A stretch of 24,875 bases of DNA from Selaginella moellendorffii (GCF_000143415.4 NW_003314498.1:3705-28579); one strand, 5' to 3'. Shown: positions 1-11,307, counted from the stretch's first letter. Program-made: numbers and translations. The notes: a model not told the origin generated them from the sequence alone.

Positions 1-519
1 TGATAGTAACTAATTATACATTCCATATAACCGATTTCATAATTTACAGTGATTATTCTATTTGGCTCAATTACAGCAAGATCATCCATTCCTATTATAG
101 TTTCAGCTCTTCGACCACCTAATAATCAGTTCCAAAATCTTCCCATGGAATCTCAACCACCTCGAGAGAATCATCCTCTTCATCCATCTTGCATGCTTGC
201 CAGTTTCTAATACTTCTAACCTGTTGTCCACACTCTTCAAGATCAGTTTTCTTCCTATTCAACTATGAGTCAGTTGACATTGTTTGATAGAATTCTAATT
301 AATATATTATAACCACATGAATTGTTGGCTTTCAAATTAAACGACAGGGATACAAGTAGAACGTTAGAGCTTTTAATCATTCATCAACTTCTACACAACA
401 TTATTTCTGAAAGCTCCAACTTGGCTTATATTTAGAAACCTGATACCACACACAACAAATTATAAAACAAAAGTAGAAAGAAATAAAACATACTTTTGTT
501 TTCTCTCACATTTTTTCTT

Positions 520-2417
520 TTAAGTGTCAAGTCCAACTATAAAAAACTTCAATTTTTCGGTATCTCTATAGCTCTCGAGCTTGCAACGAACCTTCAGATT
601 GTACATCTTTGATCGAATAGAGTCCATTATGGCTGAAAAACCAGTATAATCATCATCTTGTAGCGCAGCCAGCTTACATGCAGGCATCCCTACAATTTCA
701 TTAGCAGCATCATCAAATGCAACCGCCCATATATGTCCAGTGCTGTCCAGAATACACAAGTGTAGTGCATATTTGAGCTGAATATCTCCAGAATTACTGT
801 CACAAGAATTGCATTGCCACATACNNNNNNNNNNNNNNNNNNNNNNNNNNNNNNNNNNNNNNNNNNNNNNNNNNNNNNNNNNNNNNNNNNNNNNNNNNNN
901 NNNNNNNNNNNNNNNNNNNNNNNNNNNNNNNNNNNNNNNNNNNNNNNNNNNNNNNNNNNNNNNNNNNNNNNNNNNNNNNNNNNNNNNNNNNNNNNNNNNN
1001 NNNNNNNNNNNNNNNNNNNNNNNNNNNNNNNNNNNNNNNNNNNNNNNNNNNNNNNNNNNNNNNNNNNNNNNNNNNNNNNNNNNNNNNNNNNNNNNNNNNN
1101 NNNNNNNNNNNNCTAAAAGGGTAGAGCCACCTGTGACTGAAATAGACTTGCCATTGTAATCTGAAATCCGGCCACCCTTCACGCATACAATAGGCCTCTC
1201 CCCTCGACCAAGTTTGTCCTCAATTTCCGAACCTTCATCTTCGGCCTTTGAATCCCACAGACACATGTCTATACTGTGGCTAGATTCATCGCTCAAACAA
1301 AGCATCCTCCTCCTCATGAATGCTCCAGAATCCTTAGGAGAAATGTTTGTCTGTCCAATCCACATTACACCACCAATCACGTCTACAAATGTCTCTTGGC
1401 TGAGCTTAGAAGCATCTAAAACACTCGTTCTTTTAAGAAAAACATTTGGAATACGTAGATCGTCCTCCACACGCTTGATCTCCATAGTCTTGCTTGCTTT
1501 TATCTCCCAATTTGATTTATATGGTGTATATGCTGGTTTAGAGCGCTGCACACCACTGTTCCCTGAAAATATATAGACACTGCCTTGCTCAATCTCGCTT
1601 GAAAGACGCTTTGCATTCTCGCCAAATCCAACAATACGTATTTCAGAACTTTCTGCATCGGCAACATCAACTGACATAACACACCCAGCTGTGCCTGTTT
1701 CAAAGAATACAAGTTTCCCTTTGTGTGTCACCCTGGCACGTAAAGACCAACGGTAGCAGTGGTCGTTGATATCCTTAATAGGCATCTCATTGATCATAAG
1801 CTTCTTAGAACTCTCTCCCTTAACATGAAACAGAGAAAAAAAAATGTAATAATAAATCACAAATCAAATATTTTGCATGCATAAAACTAGAAGAAATCAT
1901 TAAAAAAATGGTAACGTACCTTATGATTAAACTTCTGACTTCGTTTTTTACCCTTAGAAAATAAACACTGCTAAGTCAGATAACAAAAGAAAGAAAGAAA
2001 GAAAGAAAGAATAAATATTTACCGTTAAAGGATCCCCAGCAACATCTTTCGCTGGTATTTGTTTCCATTCACCACACTCCATAAAGGACAGGTCCGAAAC
2101 AATGAGTGACCTATCAAAATATGTTATAAAATGGAAATGTAAACAGGGAAAACATACTCTTTTCCATTTGTTGTGCAAAAACCATAATCAGTAAATCTCA
2201 CAAGACTATTTACACGGACATCCCAAGAGTCTATGGCACTTGACACACGATAAGAACCAAATGCCTCCAAGCATTCCTTCTCATCTGTTACACAGAATCT
2301 TCCCACTAAATCTCCAGGTTTGGAATCGATCTTCGTAATACGCAGGACAATCTCATCTGTGGAATTGTCCTTAATCTTTTTTATGCCATCCACCGTGCAT
2401 CTCACGTGGTCTCCCAT
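520..2417 (-). CDS. RPA1: Replication protein A 70-kDa subunit-like (RPA1/RPA70), probably Helitron-associated
   Basis: Exons 2417-2158, 2110-2023, 1952-1920 and 1818-520, with phase-consistent GT-AG introns. N-terminal OB-like exon, DBD-A (WSLRARVTHKG..SEIRIVGF), DBD-B (VDVIG..LSDES..MCLW) and DBD-C (WQCNSC..YALHLCILDSTGHIWAVAFDDAANEIVG). Interrupted by the N gap 825-1112. Confidence 0.9.
825..1112. other. Assembly gap (N run)
   Basis: Run of n. Confidence 1.
1986..2010. repeat. (AAAG)n microsatellite in RPA1 intron
   Basis: Visible tandem aaag. Confidence 0.85.
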
Positions 2418-3466
2418 CGTCTCTAAGAATTGATTCAAAACCTAACTTACAAATTATGTACCCCTTCATGTCAATAAATGCGCTGCCCAATGTACTGCAT
2501 ATCGAAGGCACTTATATTGTATGAGGAACATGTATATATATGTTATGATTACCTTCAATAATTACATATATTAAAACTATGTATGTATGTACCTAATCAG
2601 GCAGTGAGCTATATTGTTCTGAATGAGGTTTTAATTTATTCAATATGAAAAATTACCATTCATTAAATAACAGTGCTGTTCCGTGCCAACATTAATGCTT
2701 CAGTGCATTCGATTTGTCTCGTGAATGATTTAACACTGATCTCGCCATGTTATGGTTTAATCTCTTGCTTGCTATTACAGTGAGAAATGGGCATTGATGT
2801 GGCTGGAAACAGTCTTAAAAAGTGATGTCCATGTCACTCTGTGAAAATTAAGTCATAAAAAAAAGGAAACAGTATATTTTTCTAGACTGATCTGATCTGT
2901 GATCTTAAATCTATAAACTATGATCTTATACAAAAACTAAAAGAAAAGAAAGGACGATGGAAGTAAGATAAATAGCAAAATTTGAGCATTCTATGCTGGA
3001 TACAAAAGATGAATGGTCGTCTTGGTTTTGCTCTTTTACTGGCTTAAAACAATGATTAAAACATGATATAGATTAATGACATTACAATAGTAATATGTAT
3101 GAGACATTTCATAGGGGATTTTTTTACAAATCTAATTGACCATCGTAATTTCCAAAGAACACAAAGAACTCATTCCTGTTTGCAAGACAAAGCCTTCTGA
3201 GCCAAAGTACCGAGTTTTCTTTTTTTCTTAGATACCTCTGTCGCCACTCGTGAAGTGCTCTTATCACCATCTGAAAGCATTGTCGCAGAGGCTTCCACTG
3301 CATAATCACATATGTTCTCACTTGGTAACAATGTCAAAATGTTGCTATGGCCTCATGCTCGCCTTGTATAAGGTCAAAAACTTTTCCACGTCTGTAACTT
3401 TTTGGGGAATTTTCCCAAAAGTCCTCTACCATTTGAGGCGAACAATGGAACAATGGGATTCCATTC

Positions 3467-4158
3467 GAAAATTCAGTATTTTCAGTATGCGGTCTTGGCG
3501 AAAATCATGACAAATAATCAAAAGGAGAGATTTGAACCAGAGATTTGTTGCATTTCAAAATAATAACTTGGTATCACTGCATTTCCTCTGCCAAACAGAC
3601 TTGGCCAGTTTAAGGAAGATCTGTCTCTGATCATTCCGGTTGCAAAGGTACAACTCTTTCCTGCTATACATTGTCACGTATGTTATTCCAGGATAACATT
3701 GCATGGCACTTCAGGATAATCCCAAGGATAACGTCACTGTAGCAGAACTGAGCATGCAGCAACGATAGTGATATCACAGAAGAGGCCATAGTGGACGTCG
3801 TTACTGCCGTGAGAAAGCAACCACAAACTTGATGAAGTTTCTCAACTTCCTGAAAGACTTATAGTTGGCTTCTGAATACCCGCTAAAAAACTGGAATTAC
3901 GCCCTATCTGCCTATGTCCAGAACTCCATTGATCCATGTGTGGACTCGTGCAATGTGATGCTTGCTGTAGTCAAACTGCTGCACAAAATCTAAAAAAACT
4001 TTAAATATGTATTTCTATTTGGTCAGAGCTTCTTTGGCCAGCATAGTTACAAGGAAGCCATAGACCGCTCAAACCTAAAGCAACCTAGCATTTGTGTGTT
4101 ATCCAATAAAAGACTAACTTCCCCATAGCATCCGTTGAACATTAAGTCTTTCATGCTT
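3467..4158 (+). repeat. ~700-bp direct repeat, copy 1 (decayed unidentified coding sequence)
   Basis: Aligns by eye with 8178-8910 from 'aaattcagtatt.tcagtatgcggtcttgg' to 'gttgaacattaagtct(t)tcatgct', with substitutions and indels. Confidence 0.9.
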
Positions 4159-4384
4159 GGATCAGATTCCAAGCAAGGATCCAAGCATGTTTAAAAACGT
4201 TCTCTACTTCTCTCACTTGACTGGATATTTGATTGATATAGGTTTTAAGACAGTTTGGGACTCAGATGTCCTTTGCTGTTAAAAGATGGAAAACTCTGTG
4301 TTTACAGAACTCGAGCTTTTAGAAATAAGCATCTTTTAAAAAAATGGCTATTTTTAAAATAACGAAAAGTGAAGGACTTCAAGG

Positions 4385-4525
4385 TCAATATAAATAGTCA
4401 ATGAATGAAACTTCAAAACAGTCTGATTTTGAGTCACTTTTCTCCAAACAAAGAAAACAAGTATGCACCTCCAGACTGAATTTTTTTGTCATTACAACAT
4501 ATGTCTTATTGTCCCATATGTATTG
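4385..4525 (-). pseudogene. Isolated terminal exon of a second, paralogous SKIP16-like F-box gene
   Basis: After an acceptor AG it reads QYIWDNKTYVVMTKKFSLEVHTCFLCLEKSDSKSDCFEVSFIDYLY*, which aligns with the last exon at 5520-5368 (QYIWDGMTYIVMTKKFTLDVPICYLWLE...FRVSFFDYLY*). Confidence 0.8.
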
Positions 4526-4563
4526 CTGTACAAAACAAAAGGATGTTAAAACACCATCTTTGA

Positions 4564-4824
4564 ATGGAGAACGCTGTGAGGACTACCAGTGCTGCGAAAC
4601 AACATCTTGAGGACAGGTTTAGCTGTTAAATTGTTTTTAACGTTACATATGACAAACGTCGTTCCTATTTATACAGCTCAAGCAAGCTGGGGAAGATTTG
4701 CGAAGCACAAAGATTCTCTCTGTTGCTTTTGTTTATCATTCCACTCGTTGATTTCTACAGGAACACATGGTTAGAGGAAGCTTCTTGTGAGATCGAAGCT
4801 GCTGTTAGGAATAGTTTGGACAAG
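4564..4824 (+). pseudogene. Possible captured exons of an unidentified coiled-coil-like protein
   Basis: Three short open segments (MENAVRTTSAAKQHLEDR / LKQAGEDLRSTK / NTWLEEASCEIEAAVRNSLDK) separated by intron-like spacers ending in cag. Splice phases are not fully consistent. Confidence 0.3.
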
Positions 4825-4911
4825 GTTTAACTCGAGTTATTTTCATGCATGCTAAGTGGCTCCAATGTGGAAGTGTAGGCACAGGCCTGTGAACTTAAAT
4901 CCATTCATTTA

Positions 4912-4953
4912 ATCCAGCTCCGAAATGTCATATCTATCCCAGCGGAGCTGGAT
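4912..4953 (+). terminator. Internal truncated Helitron 3'-hairpin remnant lacking CTAG, preceded by an inverted half-copy
   Basis: atgtcatatctatcccagcggagctggat (4925-4953) matches 11294-11322 with one mismatch. atccagctccg (4912-4922) is the reverse complement of 4943-4953. Confidence 0.8.
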
Positions 4954-5367
4954 GTCACTCTATGCCCATATTCATCATTGACATAGTGACAGAAATCATT
5001 CACTTGGATTACTTTTGTTCTTTTTCAAAACAAACTAAGGATTTGAGATTGTTTTGGACAGAGTCTAAACCGTGCCATTGTTTTTGTTGTATAAGAGATC
5101 ATATTAAAGCATGTGGTCATGTTAGAGGATGTATGAGATCTTGCAGCAGAACTGAACTTTGAAGTATTAATGGTAGGTACATGCTGTATAGGCTCAAGAG
5201 CATTCACAAGTTGCCTATCCTCATAGCGCTCTTCAGAAGTACAACAAGGATCACAGAAAGTTAATGCATGTTCTAGATGAACACCTCACGTCTTATTAAG
5301 ACAGATAATTCATTAAAGTTTAGTTCTAAAGTCTTTTAATATCTTCCTTCTAGAGAGAACATTAATA

Positions 5368-6752
5368 TCAATATAGATAGTCAAAAAAAGAAACTCTGAA
5401 ACGCTTTGCTCTTGAAGTATGAGTGGTGCTAATACTTTCCAACCACAGGTAGCAAATAGGCACATCTAGAGTAAATTTCTTTGTCATAACGATATATGTC
5501 ATTCCATCCCATATGTATTGCTACAAAAAGGAAGTTGTTAATCTCTCAACTCTAAAACATATAAGCATACCTCTTGGAGACCACACCATAGGTTATATTG
5601 ATGAATTAATATGTCTTGGTCTTCATTTTCAGTTGCAGATACAAAAAGCTTGACACCATCAAACTGTTTCATGAATTGAAGTTCCACACACACAAATGTT
5701 ATATATGTAAAGCATGGATCTCCACTAAAGGATGATAATTCTGGGACTGGCATGCAACCATGCTAAGAAAACATAGAAACAAAAGATAATCAGTAACAAA
5801 AAAGGATCTCTTTAACTAATCATCATACATGATAATTTTTGAAATGTCTCAGATGACCCTGTAAAATTGCTTTAATAGGGTCTTTAACAAAACAAAATGA
5901 TGCTTCATGTAGGTTCATTAATAGATTTTTCAACCACCATATCAGAGACATATGTCCTCTAACTATTGGAGGAGTGCAAGACATAACTTCACCATTGTTC
6001 CAAAAATTCTTGGAGCTAATAAATATATCTCCTGAAAAAATATTGATAAAATATAACTTCTTATTATTTAATGAACTTCCGAATGGAATCATTCCTAATT
6101 CAAAACCAATGTGCATAGCACGCAACTTTAAAGTTAAGGAACAAATCTCCTGAATATGCAGCATTTTTGAACACATAAACGTGTTGTTTGTCCAGTAACA
6201 CCCAATCAAACCTCCATATTCCTGATTTACAAAACCCTCGAAAATAGAACGACTACACTGTCCATTCATCGATAGTAAGAAACACCTCAGTGACTGTGGA
6301 AGTGGCACGTGTAACTCGCTTTCAGCTTCGTCTAATATTTGGTTGGGCATTCTTCCCAATATTGTTGGGAAAAATTCATGTGCCTTGAGATGTATATAGA
6401 ATTTCAATTGAGTGACAATATTCCTGGTTTGCACAACGATGTCAAAGTTGTATCTTTTGAATGTCATATACCAGCTCTTGTAAGCCTCCTGCATTGAAAA
6501 AAAAATTAAATATTAAAACAGAATATGAACAAAATAAACCTTATATGTTCCAACACGTAGGCCTTCAAAGGTTATTGGTGAGCATAATGCAAAATCCCAT
6601 TGACAATGCTTCTTCCAGTTTGTTTCCATGTTACACCTCCTGTAGAATTGTTTAGATAGGCAAGAAAAAATAGCGTTGTTGTAGCCTCTGGTAGTGGCAA
6701 TCCTATACACTAGCTCAAATGGAAGAAAAGGAAGGCGGCCACAGTAATCCAT
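5368..6752 (-). CDS. Highly diverged SKIP16-like F-box protein (F-box + SMI1/KNR4-like + degenerate ApaG-like C-terminus), 405 aa
   Basis: Exons 6752-6540, 6488-5829, 5762-5571 and 5520-5368, with three phase-0 GT-AG introns (51, 66, 50 nt) and no internal stop. F-box-like LPFELVYRI..FSCLSKQF..WKKHCQWDF; SMI1/KNR4-like LDEAESELHVPLPQSLRCFL..NGQ..GLIGCY; PVPELS..FTY; C-terminal DYLY*. TATA-like TATATAAAG on the minus strand near 6883-6891. Confidence 0.75.
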
Positions 6753-7578
6753 AACTGAAATTAGGTTTAGGTTAAAAAAATATGGAAACAGCATTCGTTT
6801 TACAACCCTTCCACTTTTGCCAGAATATGTGGCTACAGGTACGAACACATACTACTCATCATGTTAATTGTGAATGAATTTTCCTTTATATAGCTTCCTC
6901 CTGATTGGGTTCAACGATCAATGGAGTGTTCTTTTTCATGCGAAAATGGTGATAAAGTCTTTTTTGTGTTTGAAGAAAACAGTGAATTCATGTTTGAACT
7001 TCTAAACAATGACTATAGAGTTTCAAATTCAAGACTGATACAAAATGGCAAGAATTCCTGTGCAAACAGCAAGCAAAAGTAGGAGACATTTGTAAGATAA
7101 AATGTGAAGATGGACAGATTGTTGCAAAGATACATAAAATTAGACAATGCTAGAAGAAGCTTACATACTAGCTTTATTCTTTCTCTATGTAGGGCTAAAC
7201 AGTGCTTTTTGCAAATTCCATAACAAAACAAAACAAAAAATAGAAAAAAAAAACTTCATTATCTGGCTCTATACTACAGAAGAAAGAAGATACTTGCTCC
7301 AGTGTCGGTTGCTACCATGTCTTCCTCACTTCATCGTCGTCATCATGTCAGCTGCTGCTTGATCGCCAGTAGTTGTCGTGCAAATTCTCTCCTTCTCAAG
7401 CTCCCGATGCACCGCCACCACTAGCAGGAGCACTGTTGGTGTTGGATCCTATCAGAACAAACACGGAAAAAAGTTAGAATGAGTGAATGAAGAACAAACA
7501 AACAACTCATGAAATTTCAAATACATACCTGGAGGACTTTTCCGGTTACTATTGTCACTAGCAGCAGCACTGCCTTGA

Positions 7579-7966
7579 TCAGAAGACAGGTTTGGGGGTG
7601 GTCTTCCTGCTGATAGTGTTGCCCTCGTCCTCACTACGACCACTGCCGTACTCATTGGCGTTGTCATCAGCTCCCCGATGTCGTGCTGCTAATCGTGTTA
7701 AGCATGCTCTCAAAGAGGCCATCTCGTTTGGACAGACAGCATCTTGCGCCGCCTGAAGCAATGCCATGCCTTCTTGCGAGACAGGATTACAGCCAGAGCC
7801 AAGCCCTAGGAGATGGTGACGCACATGAGTAGCTGTACCTGTGCATTAGACGCCACAGATATTGCATCTCCCCAGGGCACTAACCTGTCTGACAGAATGG
7901 TTCATGCAGAATGCTTGCTTGAGACTCTCCTCGCCAAGCTCACGAATAATAGATATGGAGACCTTA
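7579..7966 (-). pseudogene. BED-type zinc-finger remnant (hAT-like N-terminus) followed by low-complexity sequence
   Basis: The minus frame reads GRCNICGV*CTGTATHVRHHLLGLGSGCNPVSQE, matching the CxxC..G..T....HL.G...C pattern of plant hAT BED fingers. One in-frame stop. Confidence 0.55.
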
Positions 7967-8177
7967 ACTGAGGTCAATTAGCCTTATAATAAAGACTCCT
8001 CAGGGGATCACCAAGTGCTCTTCCGTGTTCTCATCGCAAGTTCCGAAGTGTAAGAACAAATGGCTACAATAAAACACCAATACATAGTTTCTGTTCTTGC
8101 ATTGCACCAGAGAAAACTCCAATGTCAGATAATAAATTGTGAGATATTGTTTACTTGTTCTTGGTTTTTATGCTGCT

Positions 8178-8910
8178 CGAGAAATTCAGTATTGTCAGTA
8201 TGCGGTCTTGGTGAAAATCACAACAAAGAATCAAAAGGAGAGATTTGAACCAGATATTTGTTGCATTTCGAAATAATAACCTGATACCACTGCGTTTTGT
8301 CTGCCAAACGGATTTGGCCAATTCAGGAAGCTCTGTTGTCTGATTATTTTGGTTGCAAAGGTACAACTCTTTACTGCTATACATTGTCACGCATGTTGTT
8401 CCAGGATAGCATTTTAAGGCACTTCAGTTCAATCCCAAAGATAATGTCACTGAAGCAGAACTGGGCTATCCATTTTTCTACACGAAGCTAGCACGCAGAA
8501 ACTACAGTGATATCAGAGAAGAGGCCATGGTGGACGTCGTTAATCCTGTGAGGAAGCGACCACAAGGACTTGATGGAGTTTCTCAACTTCTTAAAAGAGT
8601 TATATTTGGCTTCTGAATACCTGCTAAAAACTGGAATTACGCCCTATCTGCCTATGTCCAGGACTCTGTTGATCCATGTGCGGACTTGTGTAATGTGATA
8701 GTCAAACTGTTGCACAAAATCTAAAAAATCTTTAAATACATATTTCTATTTGGTCAGAGCGTCATATTAAACCAAGAACAAAAAGACTTAGACCAGCATA
8801 GCTACAAGGAAGCCATAGATCTCTCAAACCCAAAGCAATCTAGCATTTATGTGTTATCCACGAAAAGACTAAGCTCCCACAGCATCCGTTGAACATTAAG
8901 TCTTCATGCT
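8178..8910 (+). repeat. ~700-bp direct repeat, copy 2 (decayed unidentified coding sequence)
   Basis: Homologous to 3467-4158. One + frame reads SVCGLGENH..SAKRIWPIQEALLSDYFGCKG..RPWWTSLIL*GSDHKDLMEFLNFLKELYLASEYLLKTG with a few stops. Confidence 0.9.
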
Positions 8911-9112
8911 CTGGTGTTCTGATGCATTTTTTTAGCATTGATTAGACTGTAGTTCAAAGAAAGATAATCACTTAAAGTTTATCCATAGTAATGAAAAGAC
9001 CTTGAATTTAAATTTATGAAACAGATATTCTCTATTATAAAAACAGTTACAACAAGACTAGCTTCAAAACATTTTCATGTGTACCTAGGTTAATAAATAC
9101 TTTCTTGAGGAA

Positions 9113-9895
9113 ATGGCAGATAGAAGTAATGAAGCAGAAAAAATGGAGAAGTGGATGAAGGCTACAGGTGAAATAGAGAAAAGAGGAATCAAGCGTGTAT
9201 GCCGTCGTGACTTCATGATAAACGGAAGGTAATTTAGATTTAGATTCGAAAAGATGGTTAATGAAACCTTGTGAACGTGATAGATTCTTTCCGACTGACA
9301 GTCAAGCACGAAAACTTGATGTGCTTGGGTGTCCACCATCAGAATACATGTATGGCTTTGCTAGCAGCGATGGGGTCTCAAGAAAGATTACAACATATAT
9401 AAGCAAAGTCAAACAGTTCAAGAGAATCAACAAGAGAAAGAATGTTGCACCAGGTAAGTGTGGATGTTATACTCTTTGTTCTCTACTTTTTTTTACAAAA
9501 AAAATCTATCACATGCAGGATTGACTGTATTCACAGCACAGATTCTAAATGGCAAGAAGTATAATAAGAATCGCCTACCAAACAAAGCAGAAGTACAAAA
9601 GGTATTTGATAGAAACACAAGAGGAATCCATCCGTATGTCTTCTCGGCATTGCATTATGGATATGGCGTTCCATTTGACGTGTGTAAGGAACTAAAAAAG
9701 GAAATGGCTCAACGGCTTCTTAACAGTATGAATGAGTACCATCCAAAGCGAGGGGTGGAAAACTGGAAGCCAATCCGTCTTGAAGGCATTGTGCTGCAAA
9801 TTAGTCCGGACTTTGCTAAAGAAATATTCGAATACAATCCATTCGATGATGCTGAAGATATGCTTGACATATGTATGAAGAAAAAATTGTTGTAG
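9113..9895 (+). CDS. Orphan 220-aa basic protein of unknown function (3 exons)
   Basis: Exons 9113-9228, 9284-9453 and 9519-9895. GT-AG introns (55 and 65 nt, phases 2 and 1) join three frames into one stop-free ORF, MADRSNEAEK...DICMKKKLL*. TATA-like TATAAAA near 9036. Confidence 0.7.
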
Positions 9896-10036
9896 ATTAG
9901 ACTTTATAGAATAAAAGTAATATTAGTCTATGAAAAAATTGTTATTAGTATTTGAAAAGACCAGTTTGACATAAAAGGATCAAAATCATCAGGTTCCAAC
10001 TGTCATGCATGCAAAGTGAAGATTTAATTCAGACTT

Positions 10037-10190
10037 AATAATATTGAAGTAGCATACAATGAAGCACTAAAAGAACTCTCAATATTATTTCAACAACACA
10101 ATAGAAACTTATTAGAATTTGAGTTACCCAGTTTAGATACAACTTTAGAAATAATAGTTTATAATAATGAAGACCAAGAGGTAGAATGTC
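10037..10190 (+). pseudogene. RepHel Rep-helicase linker fragment
   Basis: NNIEVAYNEALKELSILFQQHNRNLLEFELP resembles the AL..L...L......L..F.LP segment preceding the Helitron helicase domain. Confidence 0.55.
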
Positions 10191-10194
10191 ATAT

Positions 10195-10625
10195 GCTTCT
10201 TATGCCATTGTGACATATGCCCCATATAGCAAATTTGTGTTGATAAAATTCCATCATTGTGACATTACAACGTTTGAGTGTATTGCCGTTATCTGTGTAT
10301 TTTATATCATTTGACCATCTGTCCTCTCCACTGGGAAAAAGCATTGGGTAGATCATAGGGTCACAACATGATGAAATGATTGATATTTCCTGCATTGATT
10401 CTTCCTTTGGATAGACTGCTATACTACGGTCAAATGGTGGGTTCCTGCTTGGATTTGTAAAAATGGCAGCAATTTCATTTGAACACGGTGCATTGTATCT
10501 TCAAGAATTTATTGTGTTCTCTCCCTTGATGTACATGACAATCTCTTGTGATGAAAGAGACATCTCATTCTCAAGTTCGTGCAACATCTTGAATGCTTTT
10601 GCATAGGGATTGATTTCTTGTAAGA
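10195..10625 (-). pseudogene. Inverted RepHel N-terminal fragment
   Basis: QEINPYAKAFKML..RYNAPCSNEIAAIFTNPSRNPPFDRSIAVYPK..ISIISSCCDPMIYPMLFPSGEDRW is clearly paralogous to the 21368-22783 ORF. Contains a stop. Confidence 0.9.
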
Positions 10626-10669
10626 AAAAACAGCGTGAAATCCTCACCAAAATGGTGGAAACTTGTAAA

Positions 10670-11230
10670 GTCCTCATGAGGGTGAACTATGAAGAAAAGG
10701 AATGGTCTAGATGGCTTGTGAAGCTCGGAAATGGTAACCTACCTAGCCTCCAAGGATTCAACCAAGAAGTTATAAAATTACCTCTAATATTGACATCCAG
10801 AGAAAAAATGATAGATAATGTGTTTGGGAAGCATATACATCCAAATGACCCAAACCTATCGCAGAAAGCTATTCTCGTGAATTTAAATGGTCTCTCTCTA
10901 TAAATGAACGACCAAGTTCTTTCGAGAATGACTGGCAGAACAACAACATACAGAAGCATTGACATTGTAGAAACAGATTTGGAAGAAGAGATGTTGGACT
11001 ATCCCGTAGAATTTTTAAACTCAGTAACACCATCTGGAATGCCTCCACACAGGCTACAGATAAAAATTGGATGTATTGTAATGTTGTTACGCAACATTGA
11101 CACCAAAAAAGGCCTCTTTAATGGCACTAAACTAATTATAACCAAGGCACTACCAAATGTTATAAAAGCTGAACTTCTACATAATGATATGCAAGGAAAA
11201 AAAGTCCTCCTCATATGCCCAGAACCATAA
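10670..11230 (+). pseudogene. RepHel PIF1-family helicase fragment
   Basis: MR..WSRWLVKLGNG, KAIL..LN, and PVEFLNSVTPSGMPPHRLQIKIGCIVMLLRNID..GLFNGTKL. Stop at 10901-10903. Walker A/B and the last helicase motifs are missing. Confidence 0.92.
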
Positions 11231-11307
11231 TATTTATATGAAAAACATTGTGTACAAAGAAATTCTCTAGGATTCATGTCACTAATGTAACAGATGTCCT
11301 ATCTATC

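Noticed and set aside
800-1186. ORFs 800-1186, 809-1159 and 814-1116
   Set aside because: Artefacts of the N gap overlapping RPA1.
3487-3720. Tpt1/KptA-like 'NNQKERFE ... LHGT' in one frame
   Set aside because: No IRAxQGHS motif, the HGT is absent from the duplicate copy, and third-position changes favour another frame.
4962-5280. ORFs 4962-5162 and 5025-5207
   Set aside because: Long frame with a stop but no recognisable motif or splice support.
10687-11277. Minus-strand ORFs 10687-10965 and 10999-11277 (similarly 1214-1576 and 21623-21886)
   Set aside because: Antisense shadows of helicase, RPA1 or Rep coding frames.
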